A stretch of DNA of 32,000 bases from Candidatus Saccharimonadota bacterium (GTDB lineage: Bacteria > Patescibacteriota > Gracilibacteria > BD1-5 > UBA2023): positions 30,001-62,000 of the forward strand of contig JAXLZO010000001.1 in assembly GCA_046350815.1 (NCBI GenBank), given 5' to 3'. The translations under genes were made by a program, and so were the position numbers. This document shows positions 29,584 through 32,000 of the stretch, in pieces. Numbering within the stretch: the stretch's first letter is position 1; each line of letters begins with the position of its first letter. The notes beneath the pieces were generated by a model, which was given only the letters and a program-made list of their open reading frames with translations, ran no database searches and had not been told where the DNA came from.

Positions 29584-30678
29584 ATGACACGAAGGCTCTC
29601 ACAAAAACATCGTATTATACTGTCATTGCTCAGTTTTATCGCGATCATTTTTGTAGGTTGATGGATCGGATATTCACATCAGGAATCATACCTCCAAGAG
29701 CTCAAGCCACTTGGGGAAAGAGTGCGAGAGGCATCAAACAAGAAAAATAGTATTGAAGCACCACTCAGCTTGAGTGATCATGCAATATATACCACCCCGA
29801 ATACCGATCTTATCAAGAAAATAGCAGAGCAAATTGATGAAGCAAAAACACAGGTGCTAGTAGAGGTCTATATCCTCTCAGAAAAAGAGATCAAATCAGC
29901 GCTCAAACGTGCAAAGGCAAGAGGAGTACGAGTGGAAGTCATACTCGAAAACGAACTCTATGGAAGCGATGTGCTTAGTAACAATAGTCGTCGGGAGCTC
30001 ATGTGATCAGGCATAGAAGTGATTGCGCCTGATCATGAACAATTCACATTCACACATTCAAAATTCATGATTATTGATGATGCCTACATTGTATCATCAT
30101 GAAACTTTGCCTACTCAAGCTTCAAAGATAACAAGGAATTTCTGATAATTTGAAAGAATGTTGAAGTTCATAACTATCTCATTCGTCTCTTTGAAAATGA
30201 CAAGGAACATAAAATATTTCGTGAAATCATACCTGGAGTCTTTTTCTCTCCAGTTAATGCACGATCTACCATCGAACACGCAATAGAGAGCGCACAAACC
30301 TCAATCGTACTGACAATGCAATCACTTGCAGACGAATCAATAATTAATCTACTCGAGTCAAAGGCGCAATCCGGGATAGATATATCCATATGCCTTGGTG
30401 ACACAAAGAAAGTGGAATGAAACCACAAAGTAGCCGCACAACTTATAAAATCAGGAATCAGAGTAAGTGCTCCGAAAAAGCCATATATTCATACCAAATC
30501 ACTCCTCATCGACGGATATGACTGGTATATAGGATCCATCAACTATACAGCTAATTCCATAGATCGAAACCGAGAACTCTGACTCTATCTGAGACTCGAT
30601 GAACAGAGGTCAAAGGAGCATATGCAAGGTTATCACAAAATTTGTTCTACTCCTTACATACCAGTATGAAAAAAATAA
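29584..30678 (+). CDS. Phospholipase D-like / cardiolipin-synthase-like protein with two HKD motifs (364 aa)
   Basis: The N-terminal TM segment is IILSLLSFIAIIFVG[TGA]W. HKD1 is HSKFMIIDDAYIVSS[TGA]NF. HKD2 is HTKSLLIDGYDWYIGSINYT. Track ORF 29722..30006 is in the same frame. Stop is TAA at 30676-30678. Confidence 0.8.
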
Positions 30679-31814
30679 CCCTTATGACCGCGCTCGGGGC
30701 ATGAAATTTGGGTGATGAACTGATTGCTTGGTGCGAGTACCGATGTATGCGTGAATATTTTCCAGAAACACAAATCTTTGTATACAACTATGAAGATTCA
30801 AATGGTCTTTTTTTAAAATTCGCAAAAAAAGACAAATCAGTACGCATGAGGCCATATTTTCCATTGAATATTTGCAAATATCCATTTCGTAATATAAGAG
30901 CACTCTGGAAAATGATCTTTGATATTGCTACATCAGATCTCCTCATTATTGGAGGGGGTGGACTTTGGTACGATAATGAACTTGGACAAAACCCTCATAT
31001 TCAACGATTGCAATGGATGCTACGAGTATGGATCGCAAAAGCTTTTCGCACATCTATACTCTTTTGGTGAATTGGTATTGATGTTGATAAAAAACATATC
31101 GCAAAATATCGATCAATATTTTCTGGAAGCAATACTCAAATCATCGTGCGTGACCATCATAGTCATGATTTACTGGAAAAAATTTGAATCTCTTCAATCA
31201 TTTCAACCGATTCGGTTATTACACTTTCAAGATATTTTCAAGAACTTCTCACACAAAATAAATCAGAATCATCTGAGAAGCTTCATATTGGAATCAGCGT
31301 GCGTTCAGGGTATCACCATGATGAAATTGATATTTTGAAGGATGTTGTGGGGCAACTACGCGAAAAATACTCAAATTGTGTTATTTATGGGCTCTCATAT
31401 TCACATCGAGAGGACAATCCTATTATCAGCGATACAACGCTCCTAAAACTCTTAAATTTAGATCAAATCATCATTGATCACGCAGAGATCGTCAAGCTAC
31501 TACCAACGCTTGATATCATGATAGCCACTCGATTGCATGCGATGATCACCGCTCGTCTCCTCAAAATACCCACACTCTGCCTCTCTTATGCAAGAAAAAC
31601 ACGCGAAGTATTTGTAACACTCAATGATCTGTGATACTGATACGGCATTATCACAGATCTTCAAACACTCAATTATGAAAACATTGAGCATCTCTTGATA
31701 GAATTCGAAAAAGGAAGAAACAATTTTTGACAAACAAAGCACAAAATTCAAAGAGAAAATCTGACTGATGAGAAAACAATTCTCAATTGGATATCTCAAA
31801 AAAATCCATCATAG
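30666..31814 (+). CDS. Polysaccharide pyruvyl transferase family protein (CsaB/WcaK-like, 382 aa)
   Basis: MKKITLMTALGA[TGA]NLGDELI is the GxGNxGDE motif. Other motifs are LIIGGGGLWYD and MIATRLHAMITARLLKIPT. Track ORFs 30708..31070 and 31299..31634 are in the same frame. Stop is TAG at 31812-31814. Confidence 0.75.
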
Positions 31815-31833
31815 CTATGATGGATTTTTTTGA
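31799..31833 (+). terminator. Rho-independent terminator overlapping the pyruvyl transferase stop
   Basis: AAAAAATCCATCATAGCTATGATGGATTTTTTT is a perfect 10-bp stem followed by a T-run. Confidence 0.75.
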
Positions 31834-31837
31834 GCAC

Positions 31838-32000
31838 ATGGACATTGAAGAAGAAATTCGTTTCGAAACCGAGAATACGTGAGACCAATTGTTTGATACG
31901 TATCAAACAAAGATCGTGCAATACTCGTCATTCCAAGTTGAGATGAACAGTATTCACAGAAATTCATATGGTATACCTCGAGCGCAAGTTTCGCTTGAAA
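31838..32000 (+). CDS. 5' end of an unidentified CDS, truncated by the window edge
   Basis: From ATG 31838 the frame is open to the window end, with one TGA read as Gly (MDIEEEIRFETENT.DQLFDTYQTKIVQYSSFQVEMNSIH...). It directly follows a terminator. There is no recognisable motif. Confidence 0.35.

Noticed and set aside
1-32000. TGA=Trp (code 4, Mycoplasma-like) as the alternative recoding
   Set aside because: The TGA positions inside the Walker A, GEMRD, TGGE and GxGxG motifs require Gly, not Trp. Trp positions (e.g. W in pilin PQWSA and in AWHWIP of cmk) are encoded by TGG.
1-32000. tRNA, rRNA or other structured RNA genes
   Set aside because: I found no T-loop-type GGTTCGAATCC-like motif with a matching acceptor stem and no rRNA-like conserved blocks by eye. 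A tRNAscan or Infernal run would be needed to exclude small RNAs, especially within the hairpin clusters.

Overview
This window is best read as a fragment from a candidate-phyla-radiation bacterium that uses genetic code 25 (TGA=Gly), i.e. Gracilibacteria or Absconditabacteria/SR1-like. GC is roughly 38-40% by eye. The standard-code ORF track is heavily fragmented. Almost every break is an in-frame TGA, and several of these fall on invariant glycines: Walker A GPTGSGKS in PilT and PilB, LTGGE in TrmD, and the GxGxG motif in PrmC. TAA and TAG act as the real stops. I re-stitched the fragments by hand across TGA and obtained about 29 compact CDS.

Gene content:
- (i) A minus-strand type IV pilus locus at 355-8105. 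It has a pilin with its own promoter and terminator, then pilB, a 660-aa SpoIIE/PP2C phosphatase, pilC, pilT and a 438-aa membrane-anchored unknown.
- (ii) Housekeeping genes: short-type cmk, galU, trmD, an FKBP lipoprotein, holA, fmt and prmC.
- (iii) A minus-strand surface-protein cluster at 15599-24985. It encodes a TGA-free 220-aa secreted beta-rich protein, a 1029-aa protein with no signal peptide, a 67-aa lipoprotein, and a 1730-aa Cys-rich/DUF11-like giant protein.
- (iv) A secreted CHAP peptidoglycan hydrolase that only becomes visible under code 25.
- (v) Envelope genes: an ABC-2 permease, a PLD-like two-HKD protein and a polysaccharide pyruvyl transferase.

Five intergenic regions carry mosaic clusters of short GTCAT-headed hairpin modules (BIME/NIME-like), including a 25-mer that is perfectly conserved four times. 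A phased 11-bp Pho-box-like direct-repeat array lies 3' of the CHAP gene. I saw no rRNA, tRNA, CRISPR array or recognisable transposase.

All coordinates come from manual translation. Start codons are the least certain part.
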